In this document: positions 18,904 through 31,699 of the stretch, piece by piece
Layout of the letters: each line of letters begins with the position of its first letter
Numbering within the stretch: position 1 is the stretch's first letter
Source of the DNA: an uncultured delta proteobacterium
GTDB lineage: Bacteria > Myxococcota_A > Polyangia > Polyangiales > Polyangiaceae
Reading direction: 5' to 3'
NCBI GenBank assembly: GCA_963806225.1
Contig: CAWDXG010000003.1
Span: 1 to 64,000 of the forward strand
Length of the DNA stretch: 64,000 nt
The notes under the pieces: generated by a model
Told to the model about the DNA's origin: nothing
The model's database searches: none
The model's input: only the letters and a program-made list of their open reading frames with translations
Made by a program: the position numbers and the translations under genes

Positions 18904-20897
18904 ATGGCCACTCCCTCCGCACTCCGTATCGGGCCAGAAGAAAGCGCAGCCTGGGCACCGCCGACGCCGCGCTGGCGGCGCTGGTCATCGCCGTCGTGGC
19001 GCTGATGATCATCCCGCTGCCGACCTGGCTGCTGGATCTGCTCATCGCCACCAACCTCGCCTCCTCGGTCGCGATCCTGCTGGTCACGCTCTACGTCACC
19101 GACGCCCTGAAGATCGCCGCGTTCCCCACCCTGCTGCTCATCACGACGCTGGTGCGCCTGGCGCTCAACGTCTCCTCCACGCGCCTCATCCTGCTGCAGG
19201 CCGACGCCGGCGAGGTGATCAAGGCGTTCGGCACACTTCGTGGTGCGCGGCAACTACGTGGTCGGCGCCGTCGTGTTCCTGATCCTGGCGATCATCCAGT
19301 TCATCGTGATCGCCAAGGGCAGCGAGCGCGTCGCCGAGGTGGGCGCGCGCTTCACGCTCGACGCCATGCCCGGCAAGCAGATGGCGATCGACGCGGAGCT
19401 CCGCGCGGCAGCATCGACGGCAACGAGGCGAAGCGCCGCCGGCGCACGCTCGCTCGCGAGAGCCAGTTCTACGGCGCGATGGACGGCGCGATGAAGTTCG
19501 TCAAGGGCGACGTCATCGCGTCGTTCCTGATCACGACTGGTCAACATCCTGGGCGGCCTCGGCATCGGCGTCGGGCAGAAGCACATGGAGGTCGTCGGCG
19601 CGCTCAAGCGCTACGGCCTGCTCACCATCGGCGACGGCCTGGTCACGCAGATCCCGGCGCTGGTGCTCGCCACCAGCCGCCGGCGTGCTGGTCACGCGCG
19701 TCGCCAGCGCCGAGCCGGACACGCGCGCTCGGCGAGGAGCTCGCGTCGCAGATCTTCGGCGCGCCGCGCGCGCTGCGCGTGGCCAGCATCTTCGTGCTGC
19801 TCCTGGCCATCGTGCCCGGCCTGCCGGCCCTGCCCTTCCTCGTGATCGGCGCGCTCCTGTTCCTCGCGTCGCGGGCGCCGCAGCCAGCAGCTCCGCGTAG
19901 AGCGAGGCGCAGGCGGCGAGCGAGCCGGTGCAGCGACGCGACGACGGCAGCGCCGTGCCCGCGCTTCGTGCCGGTGGTCGTGCCGTGGTCGCTCGCGGTA
20001 TCGCAGTGACCTCGCCGCGCTCGTGGACGACGACGTGCGCGGCGATCGAGCTGCGCCGCGCCGGCATCCGTTCGGCCGGCGCAGCGGTTCAGGAGGTCGT
20101 GTTCCGCGAGCTCGGCGTCCCCTTGCCCACCTGCCACATCAGCGTGGACGAAGAGCTGCCCGAACGACACGTCGTGCTGTCCATCCACGAGGTGCCCGCC
20201 AGCGTCTTCGAGCGTGCCGCGAGGATGTCGCCGACGAGAGCGTGGCCGAGACCGGCGGTCGATCGCGTACTGGAGACGCTGCGCGACCGCGCCGCGGACT
20301 TCCTCGGCATCGCCGAGACGCAGGTGCTGCTCGACCAGCTCGAACAGATCGCACCGGCCACGGTGCGCCAGGTGGTCCCCAAGCCGGTCCCGCTCACGCT
20401 GCTGGCGGACATCCTCCGGCGCCTGGTCGAGGAGGGCATCTCGCGCGCGCGACCTGAAGGGCATCCTGGAATCGCTGTCGCAGGTGGCGGGCGTGGACAA
20501 GGATCCGCTCAACCTGACGGAGTACGTGCGCTCGCAGATGCGCCGGCACATCACGCATGAGCTGACCGGCGGCGTGCGCGAGCTCGGCGTGTTCCTGCTG
20601 GACCCGCAGATCGAGGAGACCGTGCGCGGCGCGATCGCGCGCACCGCCGCCGGCAGCTTCCTGACTCTGGCGCCGGCGGCGGGCCGCGACATCGTCAGCG
20701 CCATCCGCCGCGCCATCCACCACGCCGAGGAGCCGCCGGAAGTGGCGCCCATCGTGCTCACGCAGCCCGACGTGCGCCGCTTCGTGAAGAAGCTGATCGA
20801 GACGGACATGCCCGACTGCCGAGTCGTCAGCTACGCCGAGCTACTGCCCGAAGTCGCGATCCAGCCGCTCGGCACGGCGACGCTGGCGGGGATCTAG
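18904..20897 (+). CDS. type III export gate protein, FlhA/SctV (FHIPEP) family (frameshifted)
   Basis: [87 protein letters not shown]. Confidence 0.93.
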
Positions 20898-20919
20898 GCG
20901 CGCTTGCCTCTGCCCCGCC

Positions 20920-21972
20920 TCACTTCGGCGTGGCCTTCATCACGACGTGCTTGTCGAGGTCCGTCCAGTAGAGGCTCGTCGCGTCGACGGCGAGGTCGCC
21001 CCAGGCGCCGGGCGCAAACACCACCGGAGTTCCGCCCGCGATCGGCATCTTGAAGATGCACCAGCTGCCATCATGCCCCACGAAGTACACGTTCGAGCCG
21101 TCCACCAGCATGCCCGCGGTGACCGGATCGGGCGCGGCGCCGAGCGGGGCCGGAGTCCCGCCGGTTTTCGCGACCTTCATCACCTTTCCGGTATCCACCG
21201 TGTAGTAGACGTTGGTCGCGTCGACGGCGAGGCCGGTCGCGGTGCCCTGCACCGTCGCCAGCGTCGACGGCGAGCCGCCGCCCTTCGCTGCCTTCATCAC
21301 GGCATGGGGCGCCGCCCAGTACACGTTGGTTGCGTCCACAGCGATTTCCTCGGCGTTGTTCGCCGGGCCGGACCAGATGGTGGTGGGTGTCCCACCGGTC
21401 TTGGGGACGGTCATGACGGCTCCGCTCGTCTTGTTCCGCCAGTACACGTTCGTCGCATCGACGGTGATGAACGTCGGATTATCGCCGTACTGTGTCGTGG
21501 CCAGCACACTCGGCGTGCCACCGGCCAGGGGCAGCTTGTCGACCGTGCCGCCCGCCTGGTCGGTGACGTACAAATCGGTATCGTCGATGGCGAGGCCCCC
21601 CGGGAGCTGCAGCGACGAGGACAACACCGTCGGCGTGCCGCCTGCCACGGGCTCCTTCATCACCGTAGGCGGATTGGCCAAGATGTCGGCCCAGTAGACG
21701 TTCGTCTTGTCGACCGCGATGAACCTCACACCGTCCCCCGACGCCAGGGTGACCTGGCAGCGGCCGTAGACGCAATTGCTGCTGCAGGTGTCACAGACGC
21801 TCTGGCCGCCACTGCCGCCGGCGCCCGCCGCCCCCGAAGCTCCACCGGCTCCAGCGGCTCCGCTGGAACCGCCATGCCCGCCGCCGCCGGCGGCGTTCTG
21901 CTTGCTGCTGCAGGCGGCCAGCAGAATGACAACCGCGAACAGCGGCGAGGCGAGCCAGCGGGGTGCCTTCAT
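20920..21972 (-). CDS. lipoprotein with repeated AVDATNVYW beta-propeller blades
   Basis: Lipobox LAAC, Gly-rich linker, Cys cluster, about seven xAVDxTNVYW...GGTP repeats. Confidence 0.8.
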   Translation of the reverse strand: MKAPRWLASPLFAVVILLAACSSKQNAAGGGGHGGSSGAAGAGGASGAAGAGGSGGQSVCDTCSSNCVYGRCQVTLASGDGVRFIAVDKTNVYWADILANPPTVMKEPVAGGTPTVLSSSLQLPGGLAIDDTDLYVTDQAGGTVDKLPLAGGTPSVLATTQYGDNPTFITVDATNVYWRNKTSGAVMTVPKTGGTPTTIWSGPANNAEEIAVDATNVYWAAPHAVMKAAKGGGSPSTLATVQGTATGLAVDATNVYYTVDTGKVMKVAKTGGTPAPLGAAPDPVTAGMLVDGSNVYFVGHDGSWCIFKMPIAGGTPVVFAPGAWGDLAVDATSLYWTDLDKHVVMKATPK

Positions 21973-22223
21973 GAGCGCGCTCCTCTGCATCCATATCCCG
22001 ATGCCGGAGTCGGCGAGGGCGCCGCGCCCAGGGCGGCTCCGGTTCTTCTCATGGAAGCGCACTACCTGCCCGGGCACAAGCAGTCTTCGCGCCCGGCTTC
22101 CCGCGGACGCGATTGACAGAAACGCATCGCGCACAGGTGGAATTGTAGGCAGAAGTCCGCATACGCGGCGCTGGTTGCCTGCGCTGCAGCGGCCAGCGGC
22201 GCCCCGCGAGCGGGGCGCAGGTT

Positions 22224-22934
22224 TCAGGCTGCGCCGAGGCGTGCCCCGGCGAGCGCGCGCAGCTTCTCGGCGAGATCCGATCCCTCGAGCACGTCCCCAT
22301 GACCGGGGACGAGCAGCGCGGGCGGAGCGCGGTCAAGCATTTCGCCGAGCCACGCCCGGTAGGTCGGCTTGTTGCCGATGGCGAGCGTGGTGTACGTCCG
22401 CCCGATCCTCAGGCCGGGACCGGTGCCGGTCAGGCGCAGCGCCCGACCGAACATGTTGCGTGGCAGGCTCGGCAGATTGAAGAAGGCGTCGCTCACGACC
22501 CAGGCGGTGCCGCGGGACGTCTGGACCGAGAGCCAGGTCTCGCCCGAGCGCGTCCCCTCCGACTCGACGATGCGGGCGCCGTCGGGCAGCCGCTCGCGCA
22601 CCTCGCCGAGGCCGGCAACGTCCATTCCTGTCTGCTTCGCTACTCGCGGCGCCGCGACGGCGGAGGCCACCACGCGGGCGCCCCTGTAGCGCTCGCGATG
22701 CTCGGCGAGCCCGAGGTGGTGGAAGTGGTTGGGCGCCAGCAGCACCGACACCTTGCCCAGAGCGGCAAGCTCGTCATGCGCCGCATCGCCGAAGCCGCGC
22801 GTCGGGCTCACGAGCAGCACGCCGCCGTCGCGAAGGCGGAGCGCCGTGGTGCGCAGCGAGAAGCCCTTCGGGTTGAAGCTCTCCAGAGCCCAGAGCCCGT
22901 CGTCGAGCACCGTCCAGGTTGCCACGCGTGTCAC
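22224..22934 (-). CDS. metallo-beta-lactamase-fold protein (DUF4336-like)
   Basis: LRLRDGGVLLVSP, APNHFHHLG, SDAFFN, VPGHG. Confidence 0.75.
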   Translation of the reverse strand: MTRVATWTVLDDGLWALESFNPKGFSLRTTALRLRDGGVLLVSPTRGFGDAAHDELAALGKVSVLLAPNHFHHLGLAEHRERYRGARVVASAVAAPRVAKQTGMDVAGLGEVRERLPDGARIVESEGTRSGETWLSVQTSRGTAWVVSDAFFNLPSLPRNMFGRALRLTGTGPGLRIGRTYTTLAIGNKPTYRAWLGEMLDRAPPALLVPGHGDVLEGSDLAEKLRALAGARLGAA

Positions 22935-23239
22935 TCGCGGCCGGACGCGGGGAGCTTGATCGCCGGCTTCTCGCGCCGGGCGCGGTAGAGCAGGAACGTC
23001 CGGCCCAGGACCTGCGCGACCTCGCTGCCGGTGGCCGAGGCCAAGGCGTCGGCTGCGTCCCGCCGCTCTTCTGTGGCATTGGTCCCGAGGCGCACCTTGA
23101 TAAGCTCATGAGCTTCGAGCTGCACCTCGGCCGCCGCAATCACCGCCTCGGTGGAGCCGCCCTTGCCGAGTTGCAGGACTGGCGCGAGCTCGTGTCCGAG
23201 TGCGCGCAGATGGCGCTTCTGTTTTCCTGTCAGGGTCAC
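22931..23239 (-). CDS. yhbY: YhbY/CRM-domain RNA-binding protein
   Basis: LTGKQKRHLRALGHELAPVLQLGKGG...HELIKV...QVLGRTFLLYR. Confidence 0.92.
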   Translation of the reverse strand: MTLTGKQKRHLRALGHELAPVLQLGKGGSTEAVIAAAEVQLEAHELIKVRLGTNATEERRDAADALASATGSEVAQVLGRTFLLYRARREKPAIKLPASGRE

Positions 23240-23289
23240 GGGCCGAGCGGCGTACCAGGCGGCGGCCCCGGGCGCAAGCCGCCGCCCGC

Positions 23290-24249
23290 TCACACGCGCC
23301 GCTGCACGACCATCTTGCGCGGCATCTGCCCGCTCTGTTCGAGCAGCTTCTTCGCTTCCTTCTGCAGGAGCGGATGCGTCTTCTTGACGATGAAAGCACC
23401 GAGCAGGCGCGCGTCCTGCTGGGCCAGCTTGCGCAGCGCGCGGCGCATGCCTTTGGTATTGCTGGTGTAGGCGTTGGCGAACGCGAGCGCGCGGTACAGC
23501 TGCGGGCGCAGCTGCTCGTACTCCTCGTCCTCGGGGTTGAAGACCTCGAGGGTTTCGATGGCGCGCTTGGCCTGTCCGGTGCGGGCCCACGCCTCGCCGA
23601 TGACCGCCCCCATCATGGCGCGGGTCTTCGCATCCTGGTGGCGCTTGAGGTCGATATTGTCGACGAGCTGACGCGCCTGTCCGGCCTGTCCGAGCATCAG
23701 GTGGATCATCGCGCGCTGGGCGCGCGCTTCGTCCGCGACCGGCGCCATCACCTTGTCGAGATTGATGCTCTCGAGCGTCTCCAGTGCCTTCTGGGGGTCG
23801 TCCTGGAGCTCGAGCTGGGCTTTGGCGAAGATGGCCGCCGTGTCCTTCTTCTTGACGCTGCCCTCGAGCTCCTCGAGCGCGGCCTGGCGGTCCTCTGCGC
23901 TCTCGACCTTGCTCAGGATGTTCGCGACGCCCTTGGCCTTCTTCGCCTGGCGTACGGCCCACACGACCAATCCGATCGCCGCGATGGTGACCGCCGCGGG
24001 CAGACCGAGCGCGACCCACCTGCCCACCGACGACTGCACGATACCGGCGATCAGCCCGCCGACCACCCACAGCGCCAGCACGGGCAGCCCGATCCGGAGC
24101 GCCATGCTCTTGAGCTGCGCCTTGCCCAGCGGATCCGGCGTCTCGGCCGGCTTCTGGACCATGGGCTGCTTGAGCGCCTTCTTCCTGCTCTTGCCGTCCT
24201 CGGACTGACGGCTCGCCGCACGCTGGAGCTTCCGTGCTTCCTTGGCCAC
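23290..24249 (-). CDS. membrane-anchored TPR-like protein
   Basis: Two TM helices followed by helical TPR-like repeats, strong GC3 codon bias. Confidence 0.7.
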   Translation of the reverse strand: MAKEARKLQRAASRQSEDGKSRKKALKQPMVQKPAETPDPLGKAQLKSMALRIGLPVLALWVVGGLIAGIVQSSVGRWVALGLPAAVTIAAIGLVVWAVRQAKKAKGVANILSKVESAEDRQAALEELEGSVKKKDTAAIFAKAQLELQDDPQKALETLESINLDKVMAPVADEARAQRAMIHLMLGQAGQARQLVDNIDLKRHQDAKTRAMMGAVIGEAWARTGQAKRAIETLEVFNPEDEEYEQLRPQLYRALAFANAYTSNTKGMRRALRKLAQQDARLLGAFIVKKTHPLLQKEAKKLLEQSGQMPRKMVVQRRV

Positions 24250-24351
24250 GCGGGGGCTATAGCACAGCAGGCCGGCGCGGGGGGCCGCCGGGGCCGACCG
24301 CTCCGACCCGACTCCGACAACCGGGTGCTATGCTCCTGGGTTGAGGGTTTC

Positions 24352-25668
24352 ATGAAGTGGCTGGACAAGCTCGTGATCGCCGCGTCCGCCCTGGGGCTGA
24401 CCGTGTCTCTGGCCGGGGCGTGCAGCTCGAGCGCGCCGGCCGAGCGGCACGGCTCGGCCCAAATACTGCGCTCGGACCTGCCGCACGACACGCATCCGGG
24501 CGTGAGCGACGCGGACTACCACACGCTCATCGACGGCAACACACGCTTCGCGTTCGACTTGTACGCGCGGCTCGCGACCCAGAACAAGGGCAACCTGGTC
24601 TTCTCGCCGCTCAGCACCTCCGTCGCCCTCGCCATGGCGTACGCCGGAGCGAGAGGCGAAACGGCGAAGCAGATGGCGGCGGCGCTACACTTCCAACTGC
24701 CGCAGGAACAGCTGCACCCCGCGTTCGATCGGCTGGCGCTCGAGCTCGCGTCCCTGAACGTCGCGCCGGACGATGGCATGTTCGGGGGCAACCGGAGCAT
24801 CACCCTCGAGCTGGCGAACGAGCTGTGGGTCCAGCGCGGGCTCGACATCGTGCCCGGCTACCTGGATACGCTCGCGAGCGACTACGGCGCCGGCGTCGGC
24901 ATTCTCGATTTTTCCGGCGACCCGGACGGCGCGCGCACGAAAATCAACGACTGGGTCAGCCAGCAGACCCACGATAGGATCACCGACCTGCTAGCGCCCG
25001 GCACCGTGGGCCCCGACACTCAGCTGGTCCTCACCGACGCGCTCTACCTCAAGGCCAGCTGGGAGGACCGCTTCGAGCAGTCGAAGACGGCGCCGGCCGT
25101 ATTCCACACGCTAGCGGACGGGGACGTCAGCGTGCCGACGATGCACCGGACGGCACCCATCGCCTACGCCGAGGGCGACGGCTACCAGGTCGTGGACCTG
25201 CCGTACTACGAGAACGCGCTCTCGATGCGCATCGTGCTTCCCGCGGCCGGCCGCTTTGCAGAGATCCGCGGCAATCTGTCGCTCGCCTGGCTGCAAAGCG
25301 TCGACCAGGCCAGGAGCTACCCGACCGTCGCGGTGAGCCTGCCGAAGTTCAAGTTCAGCTGGGGCGCGGCTTTGTTCAAGCAGCCGCTCGAGGACCTGGG
25401 CATGACCGACGCGTTCGGCGGCGCAGCGGATTTCACTGGCATGGTGACCGGAAGGCTGTCGCTGAGCGACGTCATGCACAAAGCCTACGTCAGCGTCGAC
25501 GAGTCGGGCACCGAAGCCGCCGCAGCCACCGCAGTCGCGACACTTGGCGCCGACGCCAGCGCGCCGGCGCAGATCATCGACTTCAACGTGGATCGCCCGT
25601 TCATTTTCCTCATCCGCGACACCGACGGCACGCTGCTCTTCGTCGGGCAGGTGACGAACCCGGCCTGA
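24352..25668 (+). CDS. serpin-family lipoprotein
   Basis: NLVFSPLS, INDWVSQQTHDRI, VDESGTEAAAAT hinge, FNVDRPFIFLI signature. Lipobox-like AGAC. Confidence 0.93.
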   Translation: MKWLDKLVIAASALGLTVSLAGACSSSAPAERHGSAQILRSDLPHDTHPGVSDADYHTLIDGNTRFAFDLYARLATQNKGNLVFSPLSTSVALAMAYAGARGETAKQMAAALHFQLPQEQLHPAFDRLALELASLNVAPDDGMFGGNRSITLELANELWVQRGLDIVPGYLDTLASDYGAGVGILDFSGDPDGARTKINDWVSQQTHDRITDLLAPGTVGPDTQLVLTDALYLKASWEDRFEQSKTAPAVFHTLADGDVSVPTMHRTAPIAYAEGDGYQVVDLPYYENALSMRIVLPAAGRFAEIRGNLSLAWLQSVDQARSYPTVAVSLPKFKFSWGAALFKQPLEDLGMTDAFGGAADFTGMVTGRLSLSDVMHKAYVSVDESGTEAAAATAVATLGADASAPAQIIDFNVDRPFIFLIRDTDGTLLFVGQVTNPA

Positions 25669-25682
25669 ACGCGCCGTGAGCG

Positions 25683-26984
25683 CTACGACCGCGGTGTGAC
25701 GGCCGGCGGGATCAGCGAATCGGGCCCCGCGTCGGGCATCGACTCGAAGCGGAAGTGCTGGAAGACGCTCTGGGCAATCGACCAGGTTGGCACGGCCAGC
25801 AGCGCGCCCCACAGCCCGAACAGGTGCTCGCCGACGATCAGCGCGAAGACGACCAGCACCGGGTGGATACGGGCCGCGACGCCGATGATCTTCGGATTCA
25901 GGATGTTGGCCTCGATCTGGTGCACACCGAGGATCCAGAGCAGCACCCACAGCGCCGTCCAGAAGTCCTGCGTCAGCCCGATCAGCACCACCGGAATCGA
26001 GCTCAGGATCGACCCGAAAATCGGAATCAGGCTCATCACGCCGGCGATGATCGCGAGGATCGGCCAATAGCGCAGGCCGAACATCCAGAAGCCGATCGCC
26101 GACAGCACGCCGTTGACCAGGCAGATGAGCAGCTGGCCGCGCACCACGCCGGCCAGCCCGCGATCGATGCGGTGGACGAGCCGGTCGAAGCTCTGCCGCG
26201 CGCGCGGCGGCGGAAGCGAGCGGAAGAAGCCGATGACCTGCTCGCGCGTGTGCATCAGGTACGCGGCCACCATCAGCGTCATGAACAACAGGAAGATGCC
26301 GCGGGCAATGCGGCTGATGATCACCTGTCCAAACTTGATCAGGTCGACGATGTTCAGCTTGATGTAGTTGACCGTGCGCTGGATGGCTTCCGCCACGACC
26401 GTCGAGACGCTGAACTGCTCGGGCGGCGCGCGCTTGACGGCAACGATCCGCCAGTGCTTCGGGCCTTCCTGCACGACGTCTGCGCCGGAGCCGAGCTCTA
26501 CGCCGTAGGAACCGTCCTTCTGCTTGTGGATCCGGAACGCCGGCGACGGCTCGTCCGTCGCGGCAGGAGCGGGCACGGCCTTGTCCTGGCGCAACAGCCC
26601 GCGCATCCAGGTGTCCACGCGCGGCCCCCAACGTCCGACGAGATCGCGCGCCAGGGCAGGAGCGTCGTGGGCGAACTTCGCCGTCTCGTCGTAGATGCGA
26701 GGCGCGATGGCGGCGACCGAGAAGTAGATCCCCGAGATCGTCACCGCGTACACCAGCAGAATCGCCAACACGCGCGGGATGCGGATGCGCTCGCACAGCG
26801 CGACGAGCGGCGTAAGCACGTAGGCGAGGATCGCCGCGAGCACGAACGGCAAGAGCACGGAGCCGGCCCAGTGCAGGAGCGCGGCCACGAGCACCGCGCT
26901 CACACCCAGGAACACCACGCGCGCGCGATTCCAGCCCGGGCGCGGGCCGCTGGGCGTTTCCTGGATGATCACCGGCTCCTTCAC
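25683..26984 (-). CDS. AI-2E family transporter
   Basis: LLPFVLAAILAYVLTPLV, VRGQLLIC, IPIFGS, QIEANILNPKIIG, GLWGALLAVP. Confidence 0.92.
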   Translation of the reverse strand: MKEPVIIQETPSGPRPGWNRARVVFLGVSAVLVAALLHWAGSVLLPFVLAAILAYVLTPLVALCERIRIPRVLAILLVYAVTISGIYFSVAAIAPRIYDETAKFAHDAPALARDLVGRWGPRVDTWMRGLLRQDKAVPAPAATDEPSPAFRIHKQKDGSYGVELGSGADVVQEGPKHWRIVAVKRAPPEQFSVSTVVAEAIQRTVNYIKLNIVDLIKFGQVIISRIARGIFLLFMTLMVAAYLMHTREQVIGFFRSLPPPRARQSFDRLVHRIDRGLAGVVRGQLLICLVNGVLSAIGFWMFGLRYWPILAIIAGVMSLIPIFGSILSSIPVVLIGLTQDFWTALWVLLWILGVHQIEANILNPKIIGVAARIHPVLVVFALIVGEHLFGLWGALLAVPTWSIAQSVFQHFRFESMPDAGPDSLIPPAVTPRS

Positions 26985-27481
26985 GCCCCACCCGACAATG
27001 CCGCGAAGTGCGGCGCGAGGTGATCCCAGGTCGCTTCCAGGTACTCATGCATGATGCGCACGTTGCCGATCACCGGCATGAAGTTGTTGTCCCCGACCCA
27101 GCGCGGGACCAGGTGCACGTGCAGGTGCTCGGCGATACCCGCTCCCGCGGCCGACCCCAGGTTCATGCCGACGTTCATGCCCTGGCAACCGGTCGCCCTC
27201 ACCAGACAGGTGCGGGCGTCGCGCACCAGCCGCCACAACGCGTCGTAGGCGTCATCGGCAAGCTGGTCCGGATCGGCGGCGTGCCGCTCGGGCACGACCA
27301 TCAGATGCGCCACCGTGTACGGGTACTTGTTGAGCACGACGTAGGCGCCATCACGATGCGCCAGCACGCCGCTGCCCCTCGACGGCGCCGCCCCGACGTA
27401 GCCGCACAGCACGCAGCCCTCGTCGCCCTTGGGGCGCCGGATGAATTCCATGCGCCACGGAGCCCAGAGTCGGTCGGTCAT
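26981..27481 (-). CDS. HIT-family nucleotide hydrolase (Ap4A phosphorylase-like)
   Basis: LWAPWRME, LNKYPY, NLGSAAGAGIAEHLHVHLVPRW. Confidence 0.92.
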   Translation of the reverse strand: MTDRLWAPWRMEFIRRPKGDEGCVLCGYVGAAPSRGSGVLAHRDGAYVVLNKYPYTVAHLMVVPERHAADPDQLADDAYDALWRLVRDARTCLVRATGCQGMNVGMNLGSAAGAGIAEHLHVHLVPRWVGDNNFMPVIGNVRIMHEYLEATWDHLAPHFAALSGGA

Positions 27482-27583
27482 CGCGCCGGGCGCGAAACTA
27501 CCACACCGCACCCGGTCGCGAAGCGGGCCCGGTCCAGCCCGCCCGGGGACAGCAGCGGGGGCCCGGGCCGGACGAGAACCGGC

Positions 27584-29456
<1,873 letters not shown>

Positions 29457-29657
29457 GGATCGAAACAATGCCTCCGTCAGGGGGACCCGGTGTGGAAAGC
29501 AGCGAACCGACGCGGAAGAGATCGGTTCTGCGCGCCGCGGGCCACGCCTAGGACGGCGTCAGGTAGCGCACGGTTCCCCCTACGTCAAACGAGAAAACCT
29601 CCGTACCGGACCGTCACCCGGTCGCCTGGTTGATGTAGCACATGTACCCCGGCCCCA

Positions 29658-30728
29658 TCAGGGCCCGCCCGACGGTCGGGCCGCGGGGCTGGAACCGGTC
29701 CAGTGGCGGACGGCCCGGGCCAGGCTGATGGCCCCACGATCGACCTCGTCCGGCTTCCACGAGAAGCGCACATCTAGCGCGTGCGGGCCCGCTACGTGGA
29801 TCACGGCCCGGCCCAGCGCCGCACGTTCGCCGCCGAAATCCCGCCCCGGAACCAGCGCCGAGAGACGCACCAGCCCGCCCAGCAAGGCCGAGAGCGACTG
29901 CTTCATGGCGGCCGCCTCGCGGTCCGGCCGGAGCGCCACGTGGACCGTGGCCTGGAGCGGATGGCCGAGCTGGACGACCCCGGAAACGCGCTCGAGCGCC
30001 TGCAGCCGGGCCAGCGAGGGCGCCACGAACCGGGCGGGCGAGCTGGCATAGCTCCGCACCAGCTGGCCGCTAGCCGCGACGGCCGCGGCAGCCTGGTTGT
30101 CCAGACCGATGCGCCGATAGGTATCCTGGCTTGGCAGGGCCTGGCCGAGCCGCGCCGCGCTCGACGCCAGGATCACCGAACCGTCGGCGGCCTGCCCCAG
30201 CGCCGCCCCCGTCGGAGCGAGCAGCGTCTGCTTGTCGGGCGAGAGCCGCCATCCGGCGCCCTCTTCGGCCAGCACCTTGGCCATTCCCGTCACGACGCCG
30301 CGGCGCGGGAACTTGCCCGAGACCACGACCACCCACTCGTGCCAGGTCGGCCCCCTCGCCGCGACGATCTCCCTCAGGTCGATCGCGGGGTCGATGCCGG
30401 TGCGGACCCGGATACGTTCGCGCCGGGGGGGCAGCGAGCTCGGGCCGGCGCCCGGGCCACCCCAGGAATCGTCCAGCAGCGGCAGCAGGTGCTTTCGCAC
30501 GGGGTCGTACAGCTCGAGCTTCTCCACGTCGACGCGGGCCGCCGCTGTCGTGTCGGGCGGCAGGTGCAACGCGGCGATCCGGTCGTACTGGATGTACTTC
30601 TCGTAGATGACGACGGCCGACACGAGGGCCGCCAGCGTCAGCGCGGCCAGGCCGCCCATCACGAGCTTCCACGAGACGCGGCGGCTGCGGCCGCGCGACG
30701 TTGCGTCGTCGGGGGCTTGCTGACCCAT
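29658..30728 (-). CDS. hypothetical membrane-anchored protein
   Basis: N-terminal TM helix, then LHLPPDTTAAARVD. Start overlaps the upstream stop. Confidence 0.65.
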   Translation of the reverse strand: MGQQAPDDATSRGRSRRVSWKLVMGGLAALTLAALVSAVVIYEKYIQYDRIAALHLPPDTTAAARVDVEKLELYDPVRKHLLPLLDDSWGGPGAGPSSLPPRRERIRVRTGIDPAIDLREIVAARGPTWHEWVVVVSGKFPRRGVVTGMAKVLAEEGAGWRLSPDKQTLLAPTGAALGQAADGSVILASSAARLGQALPSQDTYRRIGLDNQAAAAVAASGQLVRSYASSPARFVAPSLARLQALERVSGVVQLGHPLQATVHVALRPDREAAAMKQSLSALLGGLVRLSALVPGRDFGGERAALGRAVIHVAGPHALDVRFSWKPDEVDRGAISLARAVRHWTGSSPAARPSGGP

Positions 30729-31699
30729 CAGTGCGCCTCTCCGGCGCCGGCAGCGCCGCATTGCTCCTGCGAGCTCGCGCAAGCCGTCAACCGGGCCAGC
30801 TGCTCACGGGTCAGCTTGACCTGGACAACAAGCGACTTGCCAACCGATTCGATGTGCAGCGCCCGGGCCACCGCCGCGGTCGCCCCGCCCTCGCCTGCCA
30901 CGCCCTTGGCGAGCAGGCCGGCGGCGTCCGCCGCGGATCGCGCGTGGTCCGCGCTGTCGAAGTCCACGTCGAGCTCGGCATCGAGGCCCCGCGCGCCCAG
31001 GTCGGCGTCGGCCGACAACTTCGTGCCGCGCCCGAGCAGCCGTGCGGCCGCCGGTGAGCGGCTGGCGATGAGGCCTGCGAGCGGCGGAAGCCGGGCCGCG
31101 ATCGACATCGCACCCTTGGCCTCGGGCTCCATGTGTTCATCGCCGGCGTGCTGCTCGATGGCGCGCTTCGCGCTGTCGATCTCCGCCGTCGAGACGAACA
31201 CGAGCAGGCTGTCCGAGTGGACGTAGATGCGCGCCGGCGCAGCGCGGTTCGGGGGCCTGGCACGCGAATACAGCCGCCAGTCGGCGCCGAGATCAACCGG
31301 CGGACCCCAGCGCGGCCGGGTGGGAAAGCTCTGTGGGTCCAGCCCCGCGAAGCTGCCTTCGAGCACGATCACGTTGTCCATCAGCTCGGCGCGCGCTTCC
31401 GGGCGCAGCGCTATCCACACCGTGTCGGCGTGCTTGAAGGCCTGGGCGATCAGCCGGGCGTTGCCCGCCTCGGCGCCGGCACGGCCCGGAGCGCGGCGCT
31501 CCAGCGCCGCGACCGCCGCGGGGCCGAGTGCGTCGCGCATCCGGTGCAGATCGAGCCGCAGCGCCACGTCCAGATCGCCCGGGATCGCCTGCGCCGGCGA
31601 CGCCAGCCCGGGGGCGGGCGTGCTGGGCGGCGGAATGCGCTCCGCGCCGCAGCCCGCGACCAGCGCCGACACCAGCAGGATGGGCAGGGCTCTCATCAC
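30728..31699 (-). CDS. hypothetical lipoprotein
   Basis: Lipobox VAGC. Start overlaps the cmk stop. Confidence 0.7.
   Translation of the reverse strand: MMRALPILLVSALVAGCGAERIPPPSTPAPGLASPAQAIPGDLDVALRLDLHRMRDALGPAAVAALERRAPGRAGAEAGNARLIAQAFKHADTVWIALRPEARAELMDNVIVLEGSFAGLDPQSFPTRPRWGPPVDLGADWRLYSRARPPNRAAPARIYVHSDSLLVFVSTAEIDSAKRAIEQHAGDEHMEPEAKGAMSIAARLPPLAGLIASRSPAAARLLGRGTKLSADADLGARGLDAELDVDFDSADHARSAADAAGLLAKGVAGEGGATAAVARALHIESVGKSLVVQVKLTREQLARLTACASSQEQCGAAGAGEAH

Noticed and set aside
22113..22145. TTGACA sigma70-like promoter
   Set aside because: No matching -10 at the proper spacing and no plus-strand gene downstream.
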